A DNA stretch of 64,000 nucleotides, from positions 1 to 64,000 of the forward strand of contig JAHBMJ010000444.1 in assembly GCA_018398765.1 (NCBI GenBank), read 5' to 3'. The notes under the pieces were generated by a model. That model did not search any database. It was given only the letters and a program-made list of their open reading frames with translations, and was not told the origin of the DNA. The translations under genes were made by a program, and so were the position numbers. This document shows positions 50,188-64,000 of the stretch, piece after piece (the stretch's first letter is position 1; the number at the start of each line of letters is the position of its first letter). This DNA is from Chromera velia. Its lineage: Eukaryota.

Positions 50188-53100
50188 TCAGGAAGACCCT
50201 GCGCTACCAGACTGAGAAAGAGAGACATCTGAATGTGCCCCCTTTGAAGGTGTTTCCCCCTGTTCATCCCCCTCAATTCCTCCCCCCCTGCCCCCGGAAG
50301 GAGTCGAGTATTGCCTCGAGGCCGCATCTGCACTCCCACCCCCCCCTGTCCCTGCAGGCGCATTCGACCGTGACGATGTGTGCATCGCAAACGGGAGTCG
50401 GTTCTCTTCTTGCTCGCTGTTGTCATACGGGGGTGGGGCATCCAACGGTGAGTGCGTATGGGGGGCATACATTGGGGGAGCGGCCCTCAGATAGGCGGCG
50501 CTTCGGAGGACTGGGTGATGATGCGAATGCTGATGCATCGAGGAGGAAAAGCCCGGCGGAGGGGCACCGTCCTGCGGTGACCTTGGGTGAGCAGACGGGG
50601 GCATGCCGTGTGAGTCGAATTCCGCAGCAGAGGAGGGGATAGAGGGGTGGCGTACTGCCGCCATTGATTCAGGAGGTGGGTAGGCGAATCCTGGTGGGGG
50701 GCCTGTGGGAGCAGTGGGGGAGGATCCCTGAAGACCGGAGAGGGATCTGTGGGGGTGGTGTGCGTGGAGGGGGGGAGGGAAGCTGAAAGTTGGGGCATGG
50801 GTTGACTCAGGGTGACGAGAGGGAGCAGGGGGGATGGAGGGGTCCAATCTTCCCCCCCCACCATGCACACTGCCTCCTCCTCCAGACAAGTTAGAGGCAG
50901 AAGTCGGACTGTGGGCCGGGGCCTGATGTGAACTCCCGAGGCTTGCTGAGGAGGGAATGGGACCATGCAGCTGCATCTGGTGATGTCCTTGTGCTGAAAC
51001 TTCGGGGGGCCCTTTCAGGCGGTTGACGTGGGGGGTGTATGAAGGGGGAGGCACTTTGGGTTTAGCAACTTTTGTGGGCTTGCTAGAAGCAGTCGGGGAG
51101 AGAGAAGCCGAGACTGAGGCGGTGTCGCTCCTATCACCTCCAGGAATGCCATGAGGCATGTAGATATGACCCCCCCCCCCTCCGCTAGAACCGAACGGAG
51201 AGTGATCAGGAGGAGGCTGAAGGGGTCTCCGACTCTCTGTAGGGTCTCTGGCAGGGGGCACATCCGGAGGTGTCATCCTCGGAAGGCGGGGTTGGATCTG
51301 ATGGTGCGGGTGGCCGCTGCCTCCCCCCAGACTGGAACCCGATCCTCCTCCTGGCTGCTGCTGCTGATACCCGGACAGAGGATGACGCAATGGAGGGGGT
51401 TCGGTTGGGAGGCGTATCTTCTCGTTGTCGTGACTTCTACTGACTTCGTACAAACGATCCCCCCCTCCCCCGGCAGGAGCCAGTCTGTGCACCTCAGCAC
51501 CTCCACCCCCACTGCCCCCGCTCGCCGCCGGCATGAAGAAAGGAGGGGCAGTAGCTTTCAATGTTGACTCGGAAGCATCAACAAGAATCCTTTCGCTCTC
51601 TCTCTCTCTCTCCCTCTCTCTCTGGGCAGAACCGTCAAACGCGCCAGAAACGGGAGCACGACGGGGCTGCAGTACTCCCACCGAGTTAGCGGTTGCCCCC
51701 CACTGGCCTTCAAACCCAGGAGGCGGCGACAGAGACATCGGAGCCTCACGCGCACCACCCGCAGATGCGGACCCTGGGGCGTCCCAAAGCTCATTGGGAT
51801 TCCCCGCCGCCGCACGGGGGGCGTGGCGCCTCCCCTGCCTTCCCTCCCCCCCTGTGTTCACAATCTCACCCCCCTGCTGCTGAGACTCTCCCCCCGAGGC
51901 TCTAACGTCCACAGCCACGTCATCCAATGGGTTGAGGAAACTGGATGCTCCCATGCCTGCCCCGTCTGCAAGATCACTGTCAGCTGTGCCCACAACCCGA
52001 TCCCCCGCCCCTATGCCCAACAGCTCTGAGAAAGAGAAACCGCTCGATCTCCCATCATCCCCACCCCAGTCAGACGACTCCTGCCGCCTCCCCCTCCTTT
52101 CGTCTTCCTCAGCCATCCGGTCGACTGTGAACTCGTCTGCAAAGTGGAACGGGGCATCGAAGGCTGTGTCTATCTGCAGGTCATCCACAAGACCCCCAGA
52201 AAAACCACGGAGGGGCGAAGGAGGAGCCCGGTCCCCTGAGGCCGCCGTCTCACCTCGGACTGTGGCTGCGAGTCGCTGCAGCAAATCTGTACCCAGACCC
52301 GCATCCAGGGACCCTGCCCCCTGACTAGTGCTAGTTGGGGTGTCTGCACTCGCTGCAGGACCGGCAGCGGGTCCCCCCAACTGCTTCCGAGTGGTTATAC
52401 GCGGTCTTGCCGCATCTGAGCGGAAGTCCTCCTCTGTCCTACTTCCAGCACGTGTGTGGGATTTGGAGGTGTCTGGGGTGTCCCCCGTGGGGTGTCTCCT
52501 CGTTCGGAAGACGGATGTGCAGTGCTGTGTGGGCGGGTGGCCCCCGTCTTCTCCTCCTTCGGATTCGCTCCCTTCAAACGAGGAGAACCCGGGAGGAGGG
52601 GCAGATAGACGGGGGGCGCGTGGGTGATCGGGCCCGGTGTGTCTCTGTTGCTGCGAGCCCTCTGAGGCAGAGACAGGATTTGAACTTGAGGCCCCAGCCG
52701 CCAGCTTCCGCCACGTCTGCTGAACAGTGGCGGTGGTAGAAGGGGGTTTGCTTTCGGGAAGCGGCCTTGGTGGCATGGCGCGGGTGGGCACGGAAGTCGT
52801 AGCAGTGTGCTCACGAGATATGGAAGGGGGGGGATACTGAGTGGCGTCGGGAAGGGACCCACGGGAGTGAGGGAAGGGGGAGGTTGTGGTAACATCCCGA
52901 TTCTCTCCTTTCTCTCTCTCGGCTTCTCGGAGAGAGGGAAAGTCGGATGAAGAGGGAGGAACAGAGGAGGATGCGTGAGCATGCATCTGGTCTCTGTTGT
53001 CCTTCTTTTCCTTGTCCTTTCCACCACTCGCCCTCTTCTCTTTGCGCCCCTTCCGACCCCCGGACTCGTGCTCTGTCTCCTGACTCTTTGAGAGAGACTG

Positions 53101-56100
53101 TGACACAGAAGCCTGTTGAGGCTGTTCCCTTTTCTCCTTCTCCCTCTCTCTGTCACCCTCTGCAGCAACCACTGCGGCAGAGTTGCCCGTGGCTGTTGCA
53201 GAACGGGATGGAAGCTTCCGGTCCTTCCGGACGTAGACAATCTCGGTCAGTGGAGCGTTCTGCTGCTGTCCTTGGGCAGCCTGGGTGGTTGGGTGATGTT
53301 GCAACTGTTGCGGAGACGGCTGGGACGAAGGATTCGAAGGAGATGGATGTGCCTGTGCCTGTGCCTGCTGTTGTGTAGATTGAGAAGCGGAGAGTGAGTG
53401 CTGCACCCCTCTCTTGTCCTCTTTTTCTTTCCGTTTCCGATCCTTCTCCTTCTCCTTCACATTGCCGGAAGGAGGGGGGAGAACCACAGGCATGGTGGTA
53501 CCGAGCATGGGCGTGGGAACTTGTTGCTCGTCTGCCTGAGAGGCCCCTGAGGAAGTCCCCTGAGTCTGCCTGCGTCTGTCCCTGTGGGTACGGGCAGACA
53601 TCCATTGACCCGTGTCCGCCTCTTCTTCCTCTGCTCCCCCACGAGCGTGCTGCTGCTGCTGCTGTCCTCCCTGCTGCGATGAGCTGGAACCTGATGTTTT
53701 CTTCTCGGGCACACCTGCGGAGTCTGTCAGGGAGACACGACGCGACGGCACATTCTGGGTGCCAGGGGCTGTGTAGACAGTCGGCAAAGCCTTGGAAGCG
53801 GAGTGCTGCACTGGCTGAGCCGAAGGAACGAGAGGGGAAGAGGAAGGAGTGTGTTGCTGAGAGGAGACAGTTGCAGTTCGTGAGATGGGATGGTGCTGTT
53901 GGACTGCAGCAGCCTGATGATTTTGCTGGGCGCGGCTCTTCTGCTTGTCCCTTTCCCTCTCTCTGTTGGCCGTCTCTTTTTCCTTCTCCTTTGAACTTTC
54001 CAATTCCTTCCCTTTCCGCTTCTCCGCCTCCCCTTGTTTCTGCTGCTGATTTGACGTGAGGTGGGGAGTGGGAGTGGTTTGGGGATCCCTTTTCTCTGCA
54101 CTTGACTCGGCAGAAGTGGATGCTGAGGCTGCAAGGGGAAGGAACAGAGTGTGGGGGCCCTGGTCCCCTTCCGGCTTTCTTCCGGGAGGGCCTGCAGCAG
54201 ATGCAGAAACCTCAACAAAGTCTTGTTGCGACTGGGGATGCTTTTCCTTTTCCGACCTTCTCGCCTTCGTTGAGCCACCTCTGACATTCTCACTGTGCGC
54301 ACCTACAACTCCCTCTGCAGCAACATCCTCCGGCTTCTCCCGTCCTCCAGATCCAGGCGGCTTTTGGGGAAATACCTTGCGGGGCGCCTTCTTACTCAGA
54401 GTAACGAACGGCGGCCCTCCCACTTCTTCACCATCCACCTCTTCCTTTTCACCCTGACTGTGTCCCTCTGCTACCACCACCACTTCCTCTGTCTGAGTCG
54501 GAGGCAGGGAGGCAGGGGTACCCTGTGGGTGGTGGGGTGCTGCACCGTTTGTGAGAACAATCTCGCTCTCGTCTGTGTCCCCCTTCCCTTGTTGACTTCC
54601 CCGTCTGCGGTTCTTCTCTTTCTTTCCCTTCTTTCCAGAGGCGGGGGCAGGTTGCAACGAGGCGGTAGCAGGAGAGATCATCTGACGGATCACAATCGGA
54701 ACGGCGGGGGAAGGACTCTCAAATTCTGCAGTTTCCCTCTCTCTCTCTTCAGAGACAGGAACAGCAGACGAAACAACACCCCTCTTCGGAGGGCTGCTGG
54801 TCTGCCCCACCGATGCCACTTGGGGCACGTGGGGGGAAGAAACGGGAGGAGACGAGTGCTGTGCAGGTACAACGACGTACCCCTCATCGACTGACGAAGG
54901 ACGATCGGCGGCTTGGACCTTTGACCCTCCCCGTACCCTTTCCCTTGAATCGGGCTCTCTCTCAACCCCCTTCCCCAAACCCACTGCCACCTGAGAGTCC
55001 GCTCCAACGAGGGACACACCGGAATCCTCAAGTGTGCCCTCATGATTTGTGCCAAACGATCGGGCATGAGCTCCCAGAGAGGAGACAGATGGACCAACCA
55101 GCTGATTTGGTCCCCCAGCCTTCCCTTCTCTCTGAGTTGCTGCTTCGAGGGAAATATCAGGAGAAGCCTTCCCCCCCACAGGATCCACCCGCTGTGGTAA
55201 CAGGAAGCATATCGGGATGAGAACACCGGACAACGCGTCCTTTGCCTCTTCTCCCAACTGCTCGGCTGTCAAAGCGGACCAGTCTCTAATCACGTCACCT
55301 GACGTGCCCTCCATCCCCCCTCCCTCTTCTATCTGTGCGTGCAGCCCCACGGCTGCCCTCAGCCTCTTGACCACTGGGGATGGACCGGAGCTGCTTTGAC
55401 GCTCTGCCACAGCCCGAGCGACAGAGCACACAACGCTCACGTCATTCGGGGAGAAGCCCAGCCCCTTGCCTGTTGCAAGGGCATCAGGAAAGCTCACGAC
55501 ACTGCCCGATGAGGAACTGGGCGTCGGGGACCCCGAGGAGGCAGTTGATCCTCCCCCCCCCATGCCTGACGTTTTGAGGTACTCACTTGACATAGAGGAG
55601 CCAGGCGAAGGAAGGGGAAGGGGGGGGTCGAAAACCGAAAAGTGACTCAAAAGCGACGCCCTTCGCCCAAAGGCGCCAAACGAACTCAAATGAGGGAACA
55701 GCACATCGAACACCAACCCCCTACCTTTTGCGTGTTCAATTCGTCTGCGTCGAACAAAGCGCGCATAGCAGACTCTTCTCATGATCTCACAAACCACCGT
55801 GAAGGCCACAGTCACAACCAAGATGATGTCCGCCAGACTCCCCTCTGCGAGGGAAGTCGCAGCAGCCACCCACCTGCGCGCAACCCTCCAGAGCGCTGAG
55901 AAGTACGAGAGGAAATTACGACGGTGGATGTCTGCTCTCACAGCAGCGTCAACCAAACGAGGGGGGAGGGAAACGGAAACAGGGACAACGAACGAATCTC
56001 GTTCCGTCTCAACGAACAGACTGATATCGGCACCTAGGGAAAGCTCGTCTACTGGCTCTTGTTCACTCCCAACGGTCTCCTTTTCTTTCTCTCCCTCAGC

Positions 56101-59100
56101 CTTACTCAGATTCCCCCGCTCACCCCCCCTGCTGTTGCGGTTTCTTTGTCGGGAGCCGAAGCCGTTGTCAAGATGACGAAGCGTCACTGCCTCCCGAACC
56201 CACGCCCTCAGAGTTGGGGCGTCAAAGACCATACGCAGGATCGCAGTCACTTCACCGGACTGATCCTTTTCCTCATCCCCCTCCCTCTCTCTTTCTTGAT
56301 CCTGCCATCCAGGAGGAAGGTGTAGTGCCGTGACACCATCATATGAATCCCCACCATCAAACCCCCACACAGGGCTCCGACCCGAGGAATCATACATGTG
56401 TGACACAAACACCCCAGTCTCAGTCTTCTCTGAAGCAGCTGAGATATCTGCAAACCCCCCCCCCCCAAGTGCGACCACCCCATTGGAAAGGACCCAAGAC
56501 GGGGCGCTACCATCAGGGCACTCCTCTGCTTCCCTCCCGGCCCCGACCAACGCAGAAGCGTAGCCGGGGGAAGAGAAAAGAGACGGGCCAACCTTCTGCC
56601 AAGAACGCGAAGCCTCAGGGGAGTACCACAGACGCCGACTACCGACTGTCTGTGAAATTCCACCGGCAGGAGATGATCTGCCAGCCCCCCCAACTGCTGT
56701 TGTCCCACTCCCTCCGCGTCCTCTGCTTACTTCCCCGCCCCTACCACTCCCACCCATCCCCATCTTTTGTGTTTCCACACCTACGTCTGCACCCACACTG
56801 CTCGAAGGTGCAAAATCGAGATCGCACATCTCTCGAAACTCTTTCATGGCTGCCTCGCTGTCACGTCTAGGGAGCACGGACTGACCATTCAGCTGACTAC
56901 CTCGACATCGCAGCGCGACGTCAGTGTCATGCGAGTGAATCAGACCCAAACGGCGCACGGTGGTCACACCGCGCCTCGATCTGTCCTGCGGCCCTGGGGG
57001 TGGCAGTCGAATTCTGAGCCTTCTGACGATGGCAATGGTACGCTGGGAAGGCCCCAGGTCAAGCCTGAGGTCCGACTCCCCCCCAGACTTCCCCTGCTTT
57101 TGCTTTTCCCTCTCCTGCTTTGCTTCGCGTAACGATGGAGGGATGAAGTCTTCAAACTCTGTGTGATCAATCGGATCATCATCAGAGTCAGTACTGTCTC
57201 CTGTCTCTACCGCCCACTGACTCCTGCTGGCTTTTCCGTACGCCTTACTGTGGGAGAAGGAGAAGAGGGGAAACCAAGCAAGAAAAAACAGTCTCCAAAG
57301 TCGAGGAGAGTGGGAAGGGGGAATCGGTGCGGTATCTGTATACGCTCCGTCTCTCCAAGCATAGGGGGAAGAGAAAGAGGAAGCAGCCTGAGCCTGCCCC
57401 CACTGCCACTCCCCACACCCTCCCGCCCCAATTTTTTGAATCGATCTGTTCAAGTCCCTTCCAAAACCTCTCCCCCTCCTTCTCCCTGAAAGCGGGTGCC
57501 GCCGCACACGCAGGCGGTCGGGCCCTTTGCCCATCCCCATCGCCAACGACGCTGACTTCTCAGCACATTGAGCAGCCATGGAGGCTTGCGTCTTTTCCGG
57601 CATGAACGACAGTTCACGCCCCATGATTGTTGACGGTGTGGCGTCGGCACAAAGGGCCAACCAGTCTGCGAACTCTGAATCCGCAAACGCTTCGACGTTC
57701 CCGGGAGGCACGTGGGCGGCGGGGCTGAAGAGCTTCGATTCGGCTGTCAGCGAGGGAAAGAAGGCATCTGGACTCAAGGCCCCCATGCTCATGCTGAGGG
57801 AGGAAGAAAACCCCCCGGCAACTGCCGTCTCCTCCTCCCTCCCTGCTGGGGGGCGTTCGGACGGCCACTGATCGGGACGGCCGAAACACCGGAACGCGGC
57901 ACACATGTCAGTGGCAGAGAGGCCGACGGACAGTTCTAAAGAAGGAACGACAGCCTTGTTACCTTGGCGGTAAGTGGTGACAGGCTGATGGGAAGAAGGA
58001 TCAAAAGGGATTGGCACCCTGGTCAATGGGCCTTTCTCGCTGATGAGAAAGGGCCTGGTGGAAACCTCGAGAGACACTGCCGAGCCAGACGTGGTCTTGG
58101 AGGACGGAGACGAGGCGCTCTTCTTGTCTTTCTCTCCACCCTCGCCCTCTCCTCCAGTGCTCTCATTCCCAGCCCCTGCTTCCAGTGACCCTTCTGAGAT
58201 ATGAATGTACAGAGAAGGGGAAATGGGGGCCTCGGGGTGCCGAACGATCACACGGAGAGAAGAATCCTCAACCTCTCCCCGCACCGTCTCCTCTTGCTGC
58301 TTCCCATCCGTCCCCCCACCCGCAGTCACCGCTCCTCTCCCCCCCCCCCCNCCCCCCCCCCCCCCCCCCCCCCCCTCTCTTCGGCCCAGAACCCCCGATG
58401 CCCACCAGTTCGACAGACTCCAGAGACGTCAGATCGTTGCGAATGAACAAAAGCGAATGGTGACGACCGTGGAGCTCGGGCTCAAATATGATCGGACCAA
58501 CGGTCAATCCCTCACCGGGCGGAACCCTTAAGACGACGCCAGACAGAGACTTGTGAACACGAAAAGCGCCCGACTGACGCTCGTCAAACCTGCAGCACAG
58601 CAAAAAGCACAGAAACACAGAATGCGCCTCACCATGTCACACATGCGATCAACCAAAAAGATGTTGGAAGAGGCGCAGTAGGTTTCACAGCAGGCACGTG
58701 TACAGACAATGGCAGAACATCACATGTACAAAAGAGGGGAAACCCAGCTGCCTTTCGCGGCAGGCGTTTTCACTTCTTTTTTTTTACTCCCGTAGAACAT
58801 CCAGCCAGCTTACCGACCTGTATCCCCTCCGCGACTTGAGCAACGCAATGGATGCAGGTCTCCAAAAATTCTTTTGCGCAAAGGTCTTGTGGAGCTTCCG
58901 TGACAAAGGCTGCTCAGGAATGAGGCCCTTGGGCAGTGCCACAGGAACAGTTCGCGCTCCCGTTCCTCCAGCGCCTGCTGGCTTCTCTTTCTCTGCGCCT
59001 CCTTTTCCCTTCCCCCCCTTCCCCTTTCCCTTCCCCCCATTGTTCAGAATCTCCTTTTCTTTTTCTTTTTCCCCCTTCTCATCCCCCTCGAACGAAACTT

Positions 59101-62100
59101 GAAGGAAATCAAGATCCGCAGGTGCAAACAAAACCTGCGCACTCAAATCCCTCGTCAGGGAAGGATTTACCAGATGAAGATACAGTCTGCTTTGACCCCC
59201 AACCTGCAAACCAAAGAAAGGCAAAGAACACACCCAACGAATGCATTCGGAATGTGTGTATCACCTTGTCAAATTAAGTGGTCCTCGGGCCCCCTCTCTC
59301 GCAAACGCAGGAAACACACACAAGCATGCACACACCACTGAGACATACACCCAAAAAAGAGAGAGAAAGACAACAGAAGGAACGGACACAAAAGACAACC
59401 TTAGAGAGACTGACAGACAGACCTGAACTGATCCAAAGTCCAATTTTTTGGAATTTGAGGCCCCAAAGTCGGCGTCCGTCGCAACGACAGAGGGAAGAAC
59501 CCACCGCGCTGCCGACGAAACAATGATGGCCTGCCGCTGCGGTATGGAATTCGGAGGCAAAACCACCCCGCCTCCCTCAGGATTCTGCATGCCGAGAAAG
59601 TCTTCACTGCCCCCCATACCGATTGAGGCATGGCCCTGATTCCCCCCCCACTGTTGCCACTCTCGTTCGGGAGGGAATGAAAAAGTCAAAAGAGCAAAGG
59701 ACTTCAGAACTACTTCAGCATCTTGACGCGACACGTCCAGCGGGCGTTTATTCGTCGAGCTGCCCTGCTGTGCTCCATTGGCACCAACCGTCGCGTTTGC
59801 TCCTTGATCTGAAGACTTGGGGTTTTCTGCCAGCGGAATTTTTTGGAGAAAGTTTTTCTGACGCTTGTACGCCGCACCCAACTCTTGCAGACTAAGTCTA
59901 TCTCCCCAATGAAGGGGGGCACCTTGAATGTGCAAGTAGTCCTCATCTGCAGTCACTCACACATGGGGGGGAGGGGGGGAGTCAGGAAAAGAAACGGGCC
60001 AGAACAGACTGGTAGAAGACCCGGTCATACGATCTCCGTCTTTCGATGTGTTCCTCCCCCTACACTGCAGGGACGAAAATGGCTTTCAGTATGCTTTCTC
60101 TGGTCAGGAAGGCCCGGGGGGCTTGTCAAGCACGGGATTTCGAACAGACGCAGCAATCACGGAAGGAGCACGGAAAAAGAAAGAAGAAAAGATGAAAGAG
60201 AATGAAGCCGTTACTTCACGGTGAAAATCAGCTTAGAGCAATCAATACAATCTCTCTGTCTGTGTGAGGACTGACTGACATCCCGAATCCGGAACATAGC
60301 CGAACTCTGCACGGTAGACGCGAGAGACGTTCGGATTGTTCAGATTGTGGTGGGGCTGTTGGGGCGACGAAGGAGAATGGAACACAATCCTCATCGTCTT
60401 GTTGTTGTTGGCATTTTCCAACACAGCGCCATCCTTCAGATCCCCCACAACAAGAGTGTCGCCGGTTGAGTGAACGACTGATGGAACGTTCTCCCCCCCA
60501 GAGAAGGGAGCCCCGTCTTGGTCCTTCCCTTGGCCCTTCTCCTTCCCTCCCCCCTTCTGCGGGGAAGGCGGAGAGGATGAAGAGGCGTCAACATACCCCA
60601 CAGGTTCCAGCTGCCGTACCCGGAGACACCTGTCCCCTTTCACTGCGATGGAGAAGTGCGTCGAGGGGTCCGCTGCTGCGTGAAGGCTGGAGCTCGCGAC
60701 AATGAACAGACTCTGCATGCAGTCAGCAGGAGGATGAGAAAACGAGAGAGACCGAGGGAGGACGCAGAGGTAAGTGTCTGCCTCGACGACAAGAAAAGGA
60801 ACGAAGATGGAAAGCGGTCAGAGACAGGAGAGGAACCATGGCAAACCAAGAAGCCCTGCGTAAATAAATAGATCTGCTCTCCACATCTCACGTCCACCGA
60901 ATTCCCATTCTGGCATAGTTTCTCTTCCATATGGATTGAAAAACGTAAAATTAGGGCCCTCGGTGAGGCGAATCCCAAAAAAACAAAGCCACGTCAGGCA
61001 AGCTCCTTGTTGTGCAGGGAGACACAGCAAAATGACGCCAAGCCGTCTTGAAGAGCCGACAGACAGAACGGCTCACCAGGTTCACACGGCACAAAGGCAG
61101 GTCCAGAGACAGACAGAGAAAAAAAAAAAAAAAAAAACGAATCGCAGGAGTGCAGGATCATCAATCGTTTCTTTCTTTCCTCATGAATCCGTCGCCCGCC
61201 CACCTGTGGAGGAGACGGATGTCCAGGGTAGAGCCCAGCGAAGTTCAAATGGGGATTGACCGGCTTCACCTCGGCTGTCGCTTTGAAAAAAGTTCCCCGA
61301 ATCTGCACGGAAGGATCTCTCACGTACATGTACTTGCGTCCTCTTGCAGTATCAAAATCGCTTGCTTGATTGCTCAATTGGCTGGTCGTTTACATATCGT
61401 CTCTGAGTGAGACCAAAACCAGAGCAGGCAGAATTCTACTCGGCACACAGACACCGAAGCCAGCCACCCAGTTCGGCAGGCAGACACGCAGACGGACAAA
61501 CAAGCAGGGCCTCGACCAAAGACGGAAGGAAAGGAAGGAAGGAAGGAAAGGAAGGGCTACTACTGGGGAAAAGGAAGACAGGACACGAAAGAAGGAAAAA
61601 TGGAATAACACTGAGAAAGACAGAAAGCCGACAGTCTGCCTTTGTGGAAGCTTGACAAGTGTCAAGACGCACAAGCATAAACAGGTCAGTCGACATGACA
61701 GCTGGAAAGAGAGACCGTGCCTGCCTGCTTGCCTGCCTTTCTGAACTTGCCTCTTTGAGCCAGTTGACCCCATGTCTGAACGAAAAATACGAGAGTAAAC
61801 AAACTGATTGATGGCTGACCGACCGCGAACTGCTCTCCAGAGGACGAAAGCACCGAAATGACGGCATCACAGTACGGGTGCCCCCCCCGCATCCGGCCCG
61901 GGTTGACCATCATGCCCACGCTGAGGGACTCCCCCGGTTTCAGCGTGAGCGGAAACGCGAGGGGTGTCACGTTCACGTCCCACGGGTTGAAATCCCCCCC
62001 AGAGGGAAGGAGGGGCCCCTGCAGGAAGCAAGCAAGGAAGGAAGGAAAACCGGAGCAAGGACGGGAAAGACATCGTCATGACATGAGAGCAAACAAACAA

Positions 62101-62727
62101 AATTCCTGAGCTTGCAGCCGGGAGATTGATTCAAGTGAAATGAAAAGGAGTACATGCGGAATGAAGGACATCATCGTGTCATGAAGAACATAACATGTAC
62201 CGACAAACAAAGTAGCGCAGTGCAAACAAGCACGGTAACAAATGAAAAAACAGGAAAGTAGCCGCGAAGACACAAAAAAATACCGCCTTTTAAGACAGTC
62301 AGCGAACCACATGAACATAGTGACGGTAGAGGCGTCTACACTATCGATGTTGCCAGCAAGACAGGCAAAGTAAGGAAAAGCGGCCCGCAGACGAACAGCC
62401 AAGAAGAAGTCGAGGGCGACAAAGAAACGAACCGACCAGTTGATGCAGGGAGACCTCAGGAATGCTGCTCTTGATAGCATTGATGTTGATGAATCCCGTC
62501 TGTCGGTTCGACAAGCGGAAGGACGCAGCAATTGCGCCGCCCGTCACACGAACCGGAGGCAGGCGTCGAGAGGACTCGCGACAGAACTGCACTCACTCAC
62601 TCACTCACTCACATATTCATTTGTCCGTTTTGAATCCATCTTTTCAGTCAAAGCTGTTTTTAGATGGGGAGAGTATCTCGCCTGGCTTTCTGCCGCTCGA
62701 GAAAATCAAAAGTACACACACAACACA

Positions 62728-62767
<40 letters not shown>

Positions 62768-62890
62768 TCTGCTGCACACCCCGTAACAAATCGGTCTTTT
62801 GCGCCTTCCTTGTTTTTCTCGTCAGGAACAGGGAAGACGCACGAGAATGCATAAAGGACTTCCACACCGAACCGCCATGCATCCCCACCC

Positions 62891-62921
<31 letters not shown>

Positions 62922-63975
62922 TGACTGACCTTCTCGTCCTCGAACGACGGCCCGAGGGAACAGTGAAGCAGGCGATGGGAGACCGTCACGCGCACATCGA
63001 CTGTCCGAGGTCCGTTGGCAGATATACGCAACGGAAATTCGAACCGCGCAGCTCCCAGAGATTCCACCCTCAGCTGGAGAAAAGAGAACAAAACAAACAA
63101 GCACACGGGACAGGTTAGCAAAAACTGGTGGGTAGTCAAGTGGCGCACCGAGACAGTGAACAGAAGCACTCAGACGCATCACTTCGCTGATTGCGGACAG
63201 ATTTGGCAGAAATGACCGCCACAGCAAACAACGATCAAAGGTCAGCTGAAGACAGAAGCGACGAGAATTTCAGGACTTCAGACGATGGCACCTCGCGCTG
63301 CTCTCACTCACACAACTAGGAAGTTGACATCCACCCAAGGTATGAACGAAGAATTGGCGATGGGTGCACTTCACCGTGGACTGGCCTTCAGGGGTACTTT
63401 CTCTCCCGGCATCACGACATCCTTTGGAATTTCAACCACCTCCACCGCAAACTGCTCTCGCATCTGTGCCGGCACCTGGTCCCAGATCACAGTCACGGAG
63501 TCAATTTGAATGGGGACATCGAACGGGTAAGTCACCAGGATCGACTGGACGCTCTCTGTACGCCAGTCCATTGGCTTCTCCCCTGTTTCACCCGGCAACG
63601 TAAAAGAAACGGGGGCTCCCTGTTTCACACCGTCCCATCCAGACCCATCCGAGGCACCCAAAGGCTCAGATGCAACTCGCGCAGACGAAGCAGAAGAAGG
63701 ATCACCGTCGTCCTCCTCTCCCTCTAACCGCAGACGCGAATGGTCTCTGTCCGCCTCTCCCGTCAGCTCACTCTCTCCCTCGTCACCCAACCTCCCTCCG
63801 CCCTGACTCTCAGTCTCTCCAGCCTTCAGGGACCGACTCGCACTGCCGACACCCCCTGCACCCCCCCCCTGTGGCGGGACGGTCCACGTCTGCTGGTTAT
63901 TACTCTTCGGGCCACCGTCTCCAACGTCTACCCCCGACAGACCACCCACCCCGCATCCTTCGCAAACTCTTCCAC
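50188..63975 (-). CDS. Giant TMEM131-like single-pass membrane protein (5' end beyond window); approximate exons ~63375-63975, 62930-63073, 61824-62018, 61204-~61345, 60280-60712, 59423-59946, 58818-59203, 50188-58589
   Basis: KKLDFGSVQVG..LYLHLVNPS and LTVGPIIFEP...HHSLLFIRNDLTSLESVELVGIGG resemble the conserved TMEM131-family blocks (GP..F.P...S.L.IRNNL....L.G.G). A TM-like IILVVTVAFTVVCEIM segment lies near 55785-55830, followed by a long low-complexity tail. The open frame is 2713 codons, and an N in poly-C at 58351 interrupts the last exon. Confidence 0.7.
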
Positions 63976-64000
63976 CTGACGAAGAAGACAGATTCTGAGC

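Overview
Intron-rich eukaryotic genomic DNA with GC-rich exons, microsatellite-filled introns and AT-rich repeat islands between genes. The gene content and style suggest a chromerid alveolate such as Chromera velia, but this is an inference. Seven protein-coding genes were assembled by hand from GT-AG exons: the 3' part of a RAD6/UBC2 E2 (+); a Cys-rich type I membrane protein (-); a 17-exon, ~1132-aa trifunctional PanB-PanE-PanC pantothenate biosynthesis fusion (+); a 14-3-3 (-) head-to-head with a DYRKP-type kinase (+); a 12-exon EF-hand + glutathione S-transferase fusion (+); and the 3' part of a giant TMEM131-like membrane protein (-) whose tail carries four PPPGF motifs. Intergenic islands hold a foldback/TIR element with nested retro-insertions, 5'-truncated CRE-like retrotransposon copies with target-site duplications (TSDs), and MITE-like elements. 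The main points of interest are the three-enzyme vitamin B5 fusion, the EF-hand-GST fusion, a strong GTC(A/G)GY 5' splice-site bias, and transition-biased (RIP-like) decay of repeats. No rRNA, tRNA or CRISPR array was recognised. All exon models are manual and unvalidated by RNA data.
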